Assembly: GCA_963746105.1 (NCBI GenBank) | Contig: CAVVAD010000002.1 | Coordinates: 445,047-509,046, forward strand | Direction of reading: 5' to 3' | DNA length: 64,000 nt | Origin: an uncultured beta proteobacterium | Lineage (GTDB): Bacteria > Pseudomonadota > Gammaproteobacteria > Burkholderiales > Gallionellaceae | In this document: positions 9,097 to 21,772 of the stretch, piece by piece | How the letters are laid out: the number at the start of each line of letters is the position of its first letter | Position numbering within the stretch: position 1 is the first letter of the stretch | Position numbers and translations under genes: made by a program | The notes under the pieces: generated by a model | What the model was told of the DNA's origin: nothing | Seen by the model: the letters and a program-made list of their open reading frames with translations, nothing else | Databases searched by the model: none

Positions 9097-9870
9097 ATGA
9101 ACATTGAAACCATCGCCAATCCAAAGATCATCATCAAGGACCTGAATTTCTATTACGGGAATTTCCGCGCCCTCAAGGACATCAATCTGAACATCGCGGA
9201 AAAAATGGTGACCGCATTCATCGGCCCTTCAGGTTGCGGAAAATCGACCTTGCTGCGCACCTTCAACCGCATGTACCAGCTCTATCCCAAACAAAAGGCC
9301 ACCGGCGAGATTCTGCTGGACGGCGCAAACATCCTCGACAGCAAACAGGATCTGAACATGCTGCGCGCCAAAATCGGCATGGTGTTCCAGAAACCCACCC
9401 CGTTTCCGATGCCGATCTACGACAACATCGCATTCGGCGTCAAACTTTACGAAAATCTCAGCAAGCACGACATGGAGGCCCGCGTGGAATGGGCGTTGCG
9501 CAAGGCGGCGCTGTGGACCGAGGTCAAGGACAAGCTCAAGCAGAGCGGCACCGGGCTTTCCGGCGGGCAGCAACAGCGTCTGTGCATCGCCCGCGCCATC
9601 GCGGTCAAACCGCAGGTGCTGCTGCTGGATGAACCGACTTCGGCGCTGGACCCGATTTCCACCGCGCACATCGAAAAGCTGATCGACGAGCTGAAGGAAG
9701 ACTTCACCATCGTGATCGTCACCCACAACATGCAGCAGGCCGCGCGCATCTCCGACTACACCGCCTACATGTACCTGGGCGACCTGATCGAACTGGGCGA
9801 GACCAGCTCGGTGTTCACCAATCCCAAACGCAAGGAAACGGAAGACTACATCACCGGCCGCTTCGGTTAA
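9097..9870 (+). CDS. pstB: Phosphate ABC transporter ATPase PstB
   Basis: Start moved to ATG 9097 ([10 protein letters not shown]); [42 protein letters not shown]. Confidence 0.98.
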   Translation: MNIETIANPKIIIKDLNFYYGNFRALKDINLNIAEKMVTAFIGPSGCGKSTLLRTFNRMYQLYPKQKATGEILLDGANILDSKQDLNMLRAKIGMVFQKPTPFPMPIYDNIAFGVKLYENLSKHDMEARVEWALRKAALWTEVKDKLKQSGTGLSGGQQQRLCIARAIAVKPQVLLLDEPTSALDPISTAHIEKLIDELKEDFTIVIVTHNMQQAARISDYTAYMYLGDLIELGETSSVFTNPKRKETEDYITGRFG

Positions 9871-9887
9871 TCCGACCTTCAACAAAC

Positions 9888-9917
9888 CAGAAAGCCCGGA
9901 ACAAACCGGGCTTTCTG
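9888..9917. terminator. Bidirectional terminator between convergent pstB and dedA
   Basis: CAGAAAGCCCGG-AACAAA-CCGGGCTTTCTG. Confidence 0.8.
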
Positions 9918-9944
9918 CTTATTCGAAGCCGCATCGCAGCCCGT

Positions 9945-10583
9945 TCAAACGGACTGTTTGCCTTTGCGGTGGCGTATCAATTCGCGCAGCGCGGGCAGCA
10001 GGGAGATCACGATGATGGCGGCGACGATCAGCGTCAGGTTGTTCTTCACCACCGGGATGTTGCCGAAGAAATAGCCGGCCAGCGACAGGCTGGCTATCCA
10101 CAGTGTCCCGCCCAGCGCGCTGAACAGCATAAACAGCCGGTAGCGCATCAGGCCGACACCCGCCACGAAGGGCGCAAAGGTGCGGATGATCGGCAGGAAG
10201 CGCGCGAAGATGATGGTCTTGCCGCCATGCTTCTCGTAAAAGAGGTGGGTCTTCTCCAGATGTTCGCGCTTGATGAATCTGCCTGCACGTTCGAATAAAC
10301 GCAACCCCAGCGTGCGCCCTATCCAGTAATTGGTGTTGTCGCCGCCGAATGCCGCCAGCACCAGCAGCGCTATCAGCCAGTGCAGTTGCAGTGCGCCCAT
10401 GCCGCACAAGGTGCCTGCCACGAACAGCAGCGTGTCGCCGGGCAGGAACGGCGCAATCACCAGGCCGGTTTCGGCAAAGATGATCAGGAACAGGATGGCG
10501 TACACCCACACGCCGTAATCATGCACCAGCGCCAGCAGATGCGTGTCCAGGTGCAAGACGATGTCGTACAGGATCAGGCTCAC
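9945..10583 (-). CDS. dedA: DedA family membrane protein
   Basis: IIFAETGLVIAPFLPGDTLLFVAG, GDNTNYWIG, FARFLPIIRTFAPFVAG. Confidence 0.95.
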   Translation of the reverse strand: MSLILYDIVLHLDTHLLALVHDYGVWVYAILFLIIFAETGLVIAPFLPGDTLLFVAGTLCGMGALQLHWLIALLVLAAFGGDNTNYWIGRTLGLRLFERAGRFIKREHLEKTHLFYEKHGGKTIIFARFLPIIRTFAPFVAGVGLMRYRLFMLFSALGGTLWIASLSLAGYFFGNIPVVKNNLTLIVAAIIVISLLPALRELIRHRKGKQSV

Positions 10584-10627
10584 GGTTTATCCGGGGAAAG
10601 CAAAATGTCGGGGCAAGCTAACCCAGG

Positions 10628-11557
10628 CTACGGAAGGGCTTCCGCCTCGGTCTTCTCCGGCTTGATGAAATCTTCGCGCGACACCCCAAGCAGCATCAGC
10701 AGCGGGCTGGCCACCAGCACCGAAGAGTAAATGCTGAACAGGATCCCGATGGTCAGCGCCATCGCGAAATAGTGCAGTGTCTCGCCGCCGAGGAACAGCA
10801 TCGCCCCGACCATCATCTGGGTGCAACCGTGGGTGATGATGGTGCGCGACATGGTGCGGGTGATGGCGTTGTCGATGATGCGGGAGACTTCGGCCTTGCG
10901 CATGGTGCGGAAATTTTCCCGGATACGGTCGAACACCACCACCGACTCGTTCACCGAATAGCCCAGCACGGCCAGCACCGCGGCCAGCACCGACAGCGAG
11001 AAGTCCCACTGGAAGAAGGCGAAGAAGCCGAGGATGATCACCACGTCATGCAGGTTGGCGATGATCGCGGCCAGGCCGAATTTCCACTCGAAGCGCAGCC
11101 ACAAATAGCCGACGATACCCAGCGACACCAGCAGCAAAGCCAGCTCGCCGTTGTCGACCAGATCCTTGCCGACCTGGGAGCCAACGAATTCGACGCGGCG
11201 CCTTTCCACATCGGGATCCTGTTTGCGCAAGGTGTCCAGCACCTGGTCGCTCAATTTCGCCCCGGAAATATTCTGTTTGGAAGGAACCTGTATCAGCACG
11301 TCGCGGCTGGAACCGAAATTCTGCACCAGCACATCCGGCAGATTCATCCCGGCGAGCTGCGCCCGTATTTTTGAAATGTCCGCCGCTTGCTGGTAATGCA
11401 ATTCGATCACCGTGCCGCCGGTAAAGTCCACGCCGAAATTCAGGCCCCTGGTGGCGAGAAAGAATACCGCGAACAGGAATGTCACCAGCGATATCGAGGT
11501 GGTATACCGCCCATAGCTCATGAACGGGATATCTTTTTTGATCTTGAAGAATTCCAT
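10628..11557 (-). CDS. secF: Protein translocase subunit SecF
   Basis: GLNFGVDFTGG, NLHDVVI, LGYSVNESVVVFDRIRENF. Confidence 0.98.
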   Translation of the reverse strand: MEFFKIKKDIPFMSYGRYTTSISLVTFLFAVFFLATRGLNFGVDFTGGTVIELHYQQAADISKIRAQLAGMNLPDVLVQNFGSSRDVLIQVPSKQNISGAKLSDQVLDTLRKQDPDVERRRVEFVGSQVGKDLVDNGELALLLVSLGIVGYLWLRFEWKFGLAAIIANLHDVVIILGFFAFFQWDFSLSVLAAVLAVLGYSVNESVVVFDRIRENFRTMRKAEVSRIIDNAITRTMSRTIITHGCTQMMVGAMLFLGGETLHYFAMALTIGILFSIYSSVLVASPLLMLLGVSREDFIKPEKTEAEALP

Positions 11558-11810
11558 AGCCGCCTCTAATAATCTACTGCGCAGCCCAATTGCTGCATCA
11601 CATGCTCGTTCAATCCTGAGCGTAGCGGTCGTCGCTCTAGCGACGGGAACCGCACGGCCTGCCCCTTGCGGGTGCGCCTACCTATCAGGTATGTCTCGTC
11701 TTTCACTGATAAAACTCCTAGCCATTCGACTAAGCCCACAAGTGGGCAAGTCGCTGGTTATGCGCGGCTCCTTTCACTTGTGCTGCTCATAACGATTCTT
11801 AGAGCCGTCT
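11558..11810. mobile_element. MITE-like element of 253 bp between secD and secF
   Basis: Imperfect 17-bp terminal inverted repeats (AGCCGCCTCTAATAATC vs reverse complement AGACGGCTCTAAGAATC, 14/17), flanked on both sides by CCAT (11554-11557 and 11811-11814). Confidence 0.6.
11719..11761. repeat. Dispersed hairpin repeat, copy 1 (TAGCCATTC.AC.AAGC-hairpin-CAAGTCGCTGGTTAT)
   Basis: Both termini are shared with the copy at 53178-53226; central CCAC-AA-GTGG hairpin. Confidence 0.75.
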
Positions 11811-11820
11811 CCATCATGTC

Positions 11821-13632
11821 TCAACCGATTGCGACCTTCGCGAGCCGCGCCTTGCGGCCGTAAATCAGATTGACCATCGCGCGCGAGATCAGCACCGCGC
11901 TGAACATCGAGGTCATGATGCCCAGGCACAGCACCACCGCAAACCCCTTGATCGGGCCGGAACCGAACATGAACAGCGCAACCCCGGCGATGAAGGTGGT
12001 GACGTTGGAGTCGAGGATGGTGCCGAACGCCCGGTCATAGCCGGCATGGATCGCCGCCTGCGGCGTGACGCCGTTGCGCAGCTCTTCGCGGATGCGCTCG
12101 TTGATCAGCACGTTCGCGTCGATCGCCATGCCCAGCGTCAGCGCGATGCCTGCCATGCCCGGCAGGGTCAGTGTCGCCTGCAGCAGCGACAGCAGCGCGA
12201 CCAGCAACAGCAGGTTGGCCGCCAGCGCCAGCACGGAAATGACGCCGAACATCAGGTAATACGCGATCATGAATATCGCCACCAGGGTGAAGCCGATCTT
12301 GGTGGAATTGAACCCGCGCGCGATATTCTCCGCCCCCAGGCTGGGGCCGACGGTGCGCTCCTCGATGATCTCCATCGGAGCGGCCAGGGCGCCGGCGCGC
12401 AGCAGCAGCGCGGTATTCTGCGCCTCCATCGAATCCATCGATCCGGTGATCTGCACCCGCCCGCCGCCGATTTCCTCGCGGATAACCGGGGCCGTCACGA
12501 TCTCGCCCTTGCCCTTTTCGAACAGGATGATCGCCATGCGCTTGCCGACGTTTTCGCGGGTTGCATCCTTGAACAGCCTTGCACCCACGCCATCCAGATT
12601 GATATGCACGGCGGCTTCATTGGTGCGGCTGTCGAAACCCGGCTGTGCGTCGCTGATGCGCTCGCCGGTCAGTATCACCTGCTTTTTCACCAGCATCAGG
12701 TTGCCGGAACGATCCTTGAACATGTCGTCGCCGAATGGCGGCGGCGCGCCGGCGACGGCCTGATTCGCCTCGTCCACCATGCGCACTTCCAGCGTCGCGG
12801 TCCGCCCCAGGATATCCTTGGCGCGGGCCGTATCCTGCACCCCGGGAAGCTGGACCACGACGCGGTCCGCACCCTGCTGCTGGATCACCGGCTCGGCCAC
12901 GCCCAGCTCATTGACGCGATTGCGCAAGGTGACCAGATTCTGCTGCACTGCGGACTCCTGGATGCGATGCACGGCCTCGGGCTTGAGTGTCGCCAGCAGC
13001 ACGAATGCGCCGCCATCATCCTTGTCGTTCAGAGTGTAGTCGCCGAATTGCTGGCCGATTTCGGCTTCGCCCTTGCTGCGCGCAGCGGCGTCGCGGAATT
13101 TGACCGTGAGCACGTCGCCGTCGCGGCTGATCCCGGAATAGGGGATGTTCTGCTCGCGCAATCCGCTGCGCATGTCGCTGGCAGCCGCATCCAGCGCCTT
13201 GGTCAGCGCCGCCTGCATGTCCACCTGCAGCAGAAAATGCACGCCTCCGCGCAAATCCAGCCCCAGATACATCGGCAACGCATTCAAACTGGCCAGCCAT
13301 TGCGGCGAACGCGGCAACAGATTGAGGGCCACCACATAATCATCCCCCAGTTGACCGGCCAGCACATCCTTGGCTTTCATCTGGTGATCGGTATCCGCAA
13401 AGCGCGCCTTGACGCTGCCGCCGTCCAGTTCGGTCAGATCGGGGTTGAGGTTGGCCGCCTTGAGTATCGAGTCCACCCGTGCCAGCAGCGCGGCATCAGC
13501 CTTGAGGCCGGTGCGCGCAGGCGATACTTGCACGGCGGGTGATTCGCCGTAAAAATTCGGCAGGGTGTAAATCATCCCCGCCACCAGTACCGCCAGGATC
13601 AGCAGGTTTTTCCACAATGGATATTGGTTCAT
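11821..13632 (-). CDS. secD: Protein translocase subunit SecD
   Basis: Start moved to ATG 13632 (MNQYPLWKN); LGLDLRGGVHF, RNRVNELGVAEP, VGPSLG, GMAIDANVLINERIREE. Confidence 0.98.
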   Translation of the reverse strand: MNQYPLWKNLLILAVLVAGMIYTLPNFYGESPAVQVSPARTGLKADAALLARVDSILKAANLNPDLTELDGGSVKARFADTDHQMKAKDVLAGQLGDDYVVALNLLPRSPQWLASLNALPMYLGLDLRGGVHFLLQVDMQAALTKALDAAASDMRSGLREQNIPYSGISRDGDVLTVKFRDAAARSKGEAEIGQQFGDYTLNDKDDGGAFVLLATLKPEAVHRIQESAVQQNLVTLRNRVNELGVAEPVIQQQGADRVVVQLPGVQDTARAKDILGRTATLEVRMVDEANQAVAGAPPPFGDDMFKDRSGNLMLVKKQVILTGERISDAQPGFDSRTNEAAVHINLDGVGARLFKDATRENVGKRMAIILFEKGKGEIVTAPVIREEIGGGRVQITGSMDSMEAQNTALLLRAGALAAPMEIIEERTVGPSLGAENIARGFNSTKIGFTLVAIFMIAYYLMFGVISVLALAANLLLLVALLSLLQATLTLPGMAGIALTLGMAIDANVLINERIREELRNGVTPQAAIHAGYDRAFGTILDSNVTTFIAGVALFMFGSGPIKGFAVVLCLGIMTSMFSAVLISRAMVNLIYGRKARLAKVAIG

Positions 13633-13716
13633 GACAGCCTCTTGATGACTTGCCGGAGCCAGCCCGGCGCATCCTGCCTGGGCGCATCCGGGCGGACGCA
13701 TCCGGGCGGAAATCGA

Positions 13717-14049
13717 TTACTTGATTGCCTTGATCGTTCCCTTGGGCAACACACTCTGAATCGCGCTCTTCTGCACCATCACGACCAGATTCTCGGCGAT
13801 TTCGACGCCAACGTACTGATCGTAAACCTTGCTGACCGTGCCGACCTCGCCGCCGACTGTCGCCACCTCGTCGCCGCGCTGCAGCGCGGCTATCATCGCC
13901 TTCTGTTCCTTGACGCGGGTCGATTGTGGACGCAGTATCAAAAAATAAAACACCACGATCAACACGAACAGCGGCACAAAACTCATGAGCCCGCTTCCGG
14001 TGGACGCTGCCGCCCCCGCATCTGCATAAGCATTGCTGATAAACATCAT
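13717..14049 (-). CDS. yajC: Preprotein translocase subunit YajC
   Basis: FYFLILRPQ..R.KEQKAMIAALQRGDEVAT.GG. Confidence 0.97.
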   Translation of the reverse strand: MMFISNAYADAGAAASTGSGLMSFVPLFVLIVVFYFLILRPQSTRVKEQKAMIAALQRGDEVATVGGEVGTVSKVYDQYVGVEIAENLVVMVQKSAIQSVLPKGTIKAIK

Positions 14050-14105
14050 TTAATCTCCAGATATGAATCAAAAGGCCGGCATTCTAGCATGATAGCCGCA
14101 GCCGT

Positions 14106-16228
<2,123 letters not shown>

Positions 16229-16338
16229 GGTCTAGACGATCGCGGCTGCGGGTAACGGTGGCCTGATGCCGAGCCGTGTCGGCTGGGAGCGGCGCTGGTG
16301 TATGCACGATTGGAAAAGAATTGCCCAAGGGTAAATAA

Positions 16339-17187
<849 letters not shown>

Positions 17188-17272
17188 TGCTGCGTATCAT
17201 CCATTCCTGTCCGGGGAAGGCGGGATTGTAGTTGATATGGCATCTTGCTTCATGGATAATGCGGCCCGCCTG

Positions 17273-17358
17273 GCCGGGGTGATGGAACTGGTAGACGTGC
17301 CGGACTCAAAATCCGGTGCCAGAGATGGCGTGGGGGTTCGAGTCCCCCCCCGGCACCA
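17273..17358 (+). tRNA. tRNA-Leu (CAA)
   Basis: Acceptor stem GCCGGGG/CCCCGGC, anticodon arm CCGGA-CT-CAA-AA-TCCGG, long variable arm, GGTTCGAGTCC, encoded CCA end. Confidence 0.96.
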
Positions 17359-17467
17359 ACAGGGCAGTGCGGTTGCGCTGTCAACCGAACCATCGCACAG
17401 CGCGTTATAGGCACCGACACGGTAGTGTCTTAAACGTTTATCAATCTACTACAAATTGGAGTTTACA

Positions 17468-17686
17468 ATGAGCAAACTGTTATCCGTACTGATCGCTGCT
17501 GTATTTGCTGCTGTTTCTTTCTCTGCTGTTGCAGCTGACGCTGCTGCTCCTGCCGCTGCACCAGCCATGGCTGCTCCTGCAAAAGCTGAAAAGAAAGAAG
17601 AGAAGAAAGAAAAGAAGAAAGAAAAGAAAGCTCACAAAGCAAAAAAAGCAAAAAAAGCAAAAAAAGCTGAAGCCGCTGCCAAGTAA
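17468..17686 (+). CDS. Small exported Ala/Lys-rich protein (Asr-like composition)
   Basis: GGAG RBS, Sec signal ending AVA-A, mature part AAP.. then KKEEKKEKKKEKKAHKAKKAKKAKK; own terminator. Confidence 0.8.
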   Translation: MSKLLSVLIAAVFAAVSFSAVAADAAAPAAAPAMAAPAKAEKKEEKKEKKKEKKAHKAKKAKKAKKAEAAAK

Positions 17687-17702
17687 TTACGGCGCAAGCT
17701 TG

Positions 17703-17731
17703 AAAAAGGCAGGGGCAACCCTGCTTTTTTT
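17703..17731 (+). terminator. Rho-independent terminator
   Basis: AAAAAGGCAGGGG-CAA-CCCTGCTTTTTTT. Confidence 0.8.
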
Positions 17732-17740
17732 ATTGCCCGC

Positions 17741-18193
17741 ATGAAAGTGATCTGGAAACCCAACGTTACGGTCGCTGCAGTCATCGAGGACCAGGGAAGA
17801 TTCCTGCTGGTCGAAGAAGAAACTGCTCAAGGATTGCGCTACAACCAGCCTGCCGGACATCTCGAGGCGGGAGAATCGCTGCTGGATGCCGTAGTACGCG
17901 AAACGCTGGAAGAATCGGCCTACCACTTCATTCCGCAGCACCTGCTCGGCATTTATCGCTGGCATTCCGGCGAATCGGACACCACCTTCCTGCGCTTTGC
18001 CTTCACCGGTCAAATCACCGGGCATGAGCCTGGCCGCAAGCTCGACAGCGGTATACTGCAAACCTTATGGCTGTCTCCCGCAGAAATCCTTGCCACCCGC
18101 TCCCGCCACCGCAGCCCGCTGATATTGCGTTGCGTGGAAGATCATATTGCGGGAAGGCGTTATCCCCTGGAGTCACTGATTGACTATGGCTAA
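17741..18193 (+). CDS. nudJ: NUDIX hydrolase (NudJ/YmfB-like)
   Basis: [36 protein letters not shown]; conserved position upstream of mnmA-purB. Confidence 0.85.
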   Translation: MKVIWKPNVTVAAVIEDQGRFLLVEEETAQGLRYNQPAGHLEAGESLLDAVVRETLEESAYHFIPQHLLGIYRWHSGESDTTFLRFAFTGQITGHEPGRKLDSGILQTLWLSPAEILATRSRHRSPLILRCVEDHIAGRRYPLESLIDYG

Positions 18194-19388
18194 ACGTGTC
18201 GTGGTGGGCATGTCCGGCGGGGTGGATTCCTCGGTCACCGCCTTGCTGCTCAAGCAGCAGGGCTACGACGTGGTCGGCCTGTTCATGAAGAACTGGGAAG
18301 ACGACGACAACGACGAATATTGTTCTACGCGCCAGGACTTGCTGGATGCAGTCTCGGTCGCCGACACCATCGGCATCCCGATCGAGGCAGTGAACTTCTC
18401 CAGGGAATACAAGGAACGCGTATTCAGCTCCTTCCTGCACGAATATCAGGCCGGGCGCACCCCCAACCCCGATATCCTGTGCAATGCAGAAATCAAGTTC
18501 AAGGCGTTTCTCGACCACGCGATGCAACTCGGGGCCGGCAAAATCGCCACCGGACATTATGCGCAAGTGCGCGAGGTGAATGGCCTGTTCCAATTGCTCA
18601 AGGCCGATGACGGCAGCAAGGACCAGAGCTACTTTTTGCATCGCCTGAATCAGATGCAGCTGAGCCATGCGCTGTTTCCGCTGGGAAAACTGCTGAAGTC
18701 GGAAGTGCGCGACATCGCAAAACGGCATGGCCTGCCCAATCACGCCAAGCGTGACAGCACCGGTATCTGCTTCATCGGCGAGCGCCCGTTCCGCGAATTC
18801 CTGAATCGCTATCTGCCGACCCAGCCGGGGGAAATGTGGGCCCCCGGCACCTTAGCCGGCAGGCCCGGTTGCGGGAGGAGCTCCAATGTGGTTGCTCCCA
18901 CAACTGAGTGCTCCGCACCACCGTCTCGCAACCCCACTCCGGAAGGCCATGTGGTCGGGCAGCACATCGGCCTGTCGTTCTATACGATAGGCCAGCGCCA
19001 GGGTCTGGGCATAGGCGGAGCCAGGCAGGCTTCCGGAGAGCCGTGGTTCGTCGCGGGCAAGGATATCGCCAACAATCGCCTGATCGTGGTGCAGGGGCAT
19101 GACCACCCCGCACTGCTTGCCAGGCGTTTGACTGCGCTGGACAGCCACTGGATCAGCGGTTCCGCACCGCTGCTCGATCATCCCTATGCCGCCAAGACGC
19201 GCTACCGGCAGGCCGATGCACCCTGCCGGCTCACCCGCGTCGAGGGCAATTCCTGCGAGATCGAGTTTGACCAGGCGCAGTGGGCCGTGACGCCGGGACA
19301 ATCGGTGGTCGTCTACGACGGCGCCGTCTGTCTGGGAGGAGCAATCATCGAACAAGGCAGCGTATTCATGGAACAAAGGCCGGGCTGA
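18186..19388 (+). CDS. mnmA: tRNA 2-thiouridylase MnmA carrying an in-frame insertion of about 32 aa
   Basis: [56 protein letters not shown]. Confidence 0.98.
   Translation: MAKRVVVGMSGGVDSSVTALLLKQQGYDVVGLFMKNWEDDDNDEYCSTRQDLLDAVSVADTIGIPIEAVNFSREYKERVFSSFLHEYQAGRTPNPDILCNAEIKFKAFLDHAMQLGAGKIATGHYAQVREVNGLFQLLKADDGSKDQSYFLHRLNQMQLSHALFPLGKLLKSEVRDIAKRHGLPNHAKRDSTGICFIGERPFREFLNRYLPTQPGEMWAPGTLAGRPGCGRSSNVVAPTTECSAPPSRNPTPEGHVVGQHIGLSFYTIGQRQGLGIGGARQASGEPWFVAGKDIANNRLIVVQGHDHPALLARRLTALDSHWISGSAPLLDHPYAAKTRYRQADAPCRLTRVEGNSCEIEFDQAQWAVTPGQSVVVYDGAVCLGGAIIEQGSVFMEQRPG
18840..18935 (+). repeat. 96-bp repeat-derived in-frame insert in mnmA
   Basis: Interrupts PGEMW|TPEG; contains CCGGTTGCGGGAG, the exact reverse complement of MITE 62078-62090; internal hairpin GTTGCGGGAG...CTCCCACAAC. 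Confidence 0.75.
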
Positions 19389-19397
19389 TTCGCGTAA

Positions 19398-20801
<1,404 letters not shown>

Positions 20802-20819
20802 TCCCGGTCGTGACACAGA

Positions 20820-20845
20820 AAGAAGCCCGCGATCGCGGGCTTCTT
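20820..20845. terminator. Bidirectional terminator between purB and the FecR-domain gene
   Basis: AAGAAGCCCGCG-AT-CGCGGGCTTCTT perfect palindrome. Confidence 0.85.
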
Positions 20846-20865
20846 CATTTCAAAGGACGAACCTG

Positions 20866-21756
20866 TCAGTGATGTGATTCCAGCGTCTCGGGCGTCGACT
20901 CTATCGTGGTCTTGACCCCGTCATCGCCGGACAGGGACGCAGCCGCGCCCTGGGCTTCGCCGATTTCCGTCGTCTCGCTTCCATGCACGCGGAATTTGTC
21001 CACCTCCGCATTGTCGCGCATGCCGTCCTTGTCCATCGTTGCAGCTTCACGCATTTCCCGGCCACCCTGGGATTTGCCTTCATGCCGTTCGCGGTCACCG
21101 GGCACCCCGGGCTGGGTTGCCGCAGTGAAAATGTTCAGGTTGACTGGTTTCAGTTGCGGCATTTGCTCGGGGTCGCCGACAAATCCCATCTGGTTGGGCA
21201 GCACGAACAGCGTGCCTTTCGTGGTCGTCATCGAGGTCTCGCCCAGGTTCACCCTGTTATAGGTGCCGGCAGGGTTGGCTGCTGCCAGCTCGCTGTCAGG
21301 CGTGACCACAAAGGTTTCATGGTCCGTGCCGCGTATGCCGATGGTGGTCGCCGGGGTGGTGATTCGATAGCTGGCCTTGTTCTTCTTGCCGATCTGGCCG
21401 GTTATCGCGCGGAAGCCCCCCTTGAACAGCGAGAAAAAACTTTTCTCGCTACCGTCTTGTTGTCCATCAAAGGAGAAACGCTCGATCTTGAGCCGGGTGT
21501 CCGGACGCATCGCCAGCATACCGCCATCTTCCATCCTGATTTGCGCCGAAGCGGATGGCGCGGAAAGCAGGGTATCGCCTTCATTCACTGCATCGCCTTT
21601 CTGCGCCGCATGCGTCACCCCGGTTGCGCTGGTCAGCTGCACCTTGCCGTGCACGAACTGCACCCGGCCCGCAATGGCGGCATATACACTGGTGCTGCCG
21701 CCCAGCCATAACAGCAGCCCGGCGAGGCCGAGTATTGCCCTGGTATAATTTGTCAT
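20866..21756 (-). CDS. Exported FecR-domain protein with a charged low-complexity C-terminal tail
   Basis: Signal peptide, then AGRVQFVHGKV, EGDTLLS, QIRMEDGG, TIGIRGTD FecR-domain motifs; no cytoplasmic anti-sigma N-domain; start taken at ATG 21756. Confidence 0.85.
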   Translation of the reverse strand: MTNYTRAILGLAGLLLWLGGSTSVYAAIAGRVQFVHGKVQLTSATGVTHAAQKGDAVNEGDTLLSAPSASAQIRMEDGGMLAMRPDTRLKIERFSFDGQQDGSEKSFFSLFKGGFRAITGQIGKKNKASYRITTPATTIGIRGTDHETFVVTPDSELAAANPAGTYNRVNLGETSMTTTKGTLFVLPNQMGFVGDPEQMPQLKPVNLNIFTAATQPGVPGDRERHEGKSQGGREMREAATMDKDGMRDNAEVDKFRVHGSETTEIGEAQGAAASLSGDDGVKTTIESTPETLESHH

Positions 21757-21772
21757 AGCAACACCTTTCACA

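Noticed and set aside
17273-17460. tRNA-Leu as an integration site for an island
   Set aside because: No integrase follows, and I saw no duplicated tRNA 3' end in the window.
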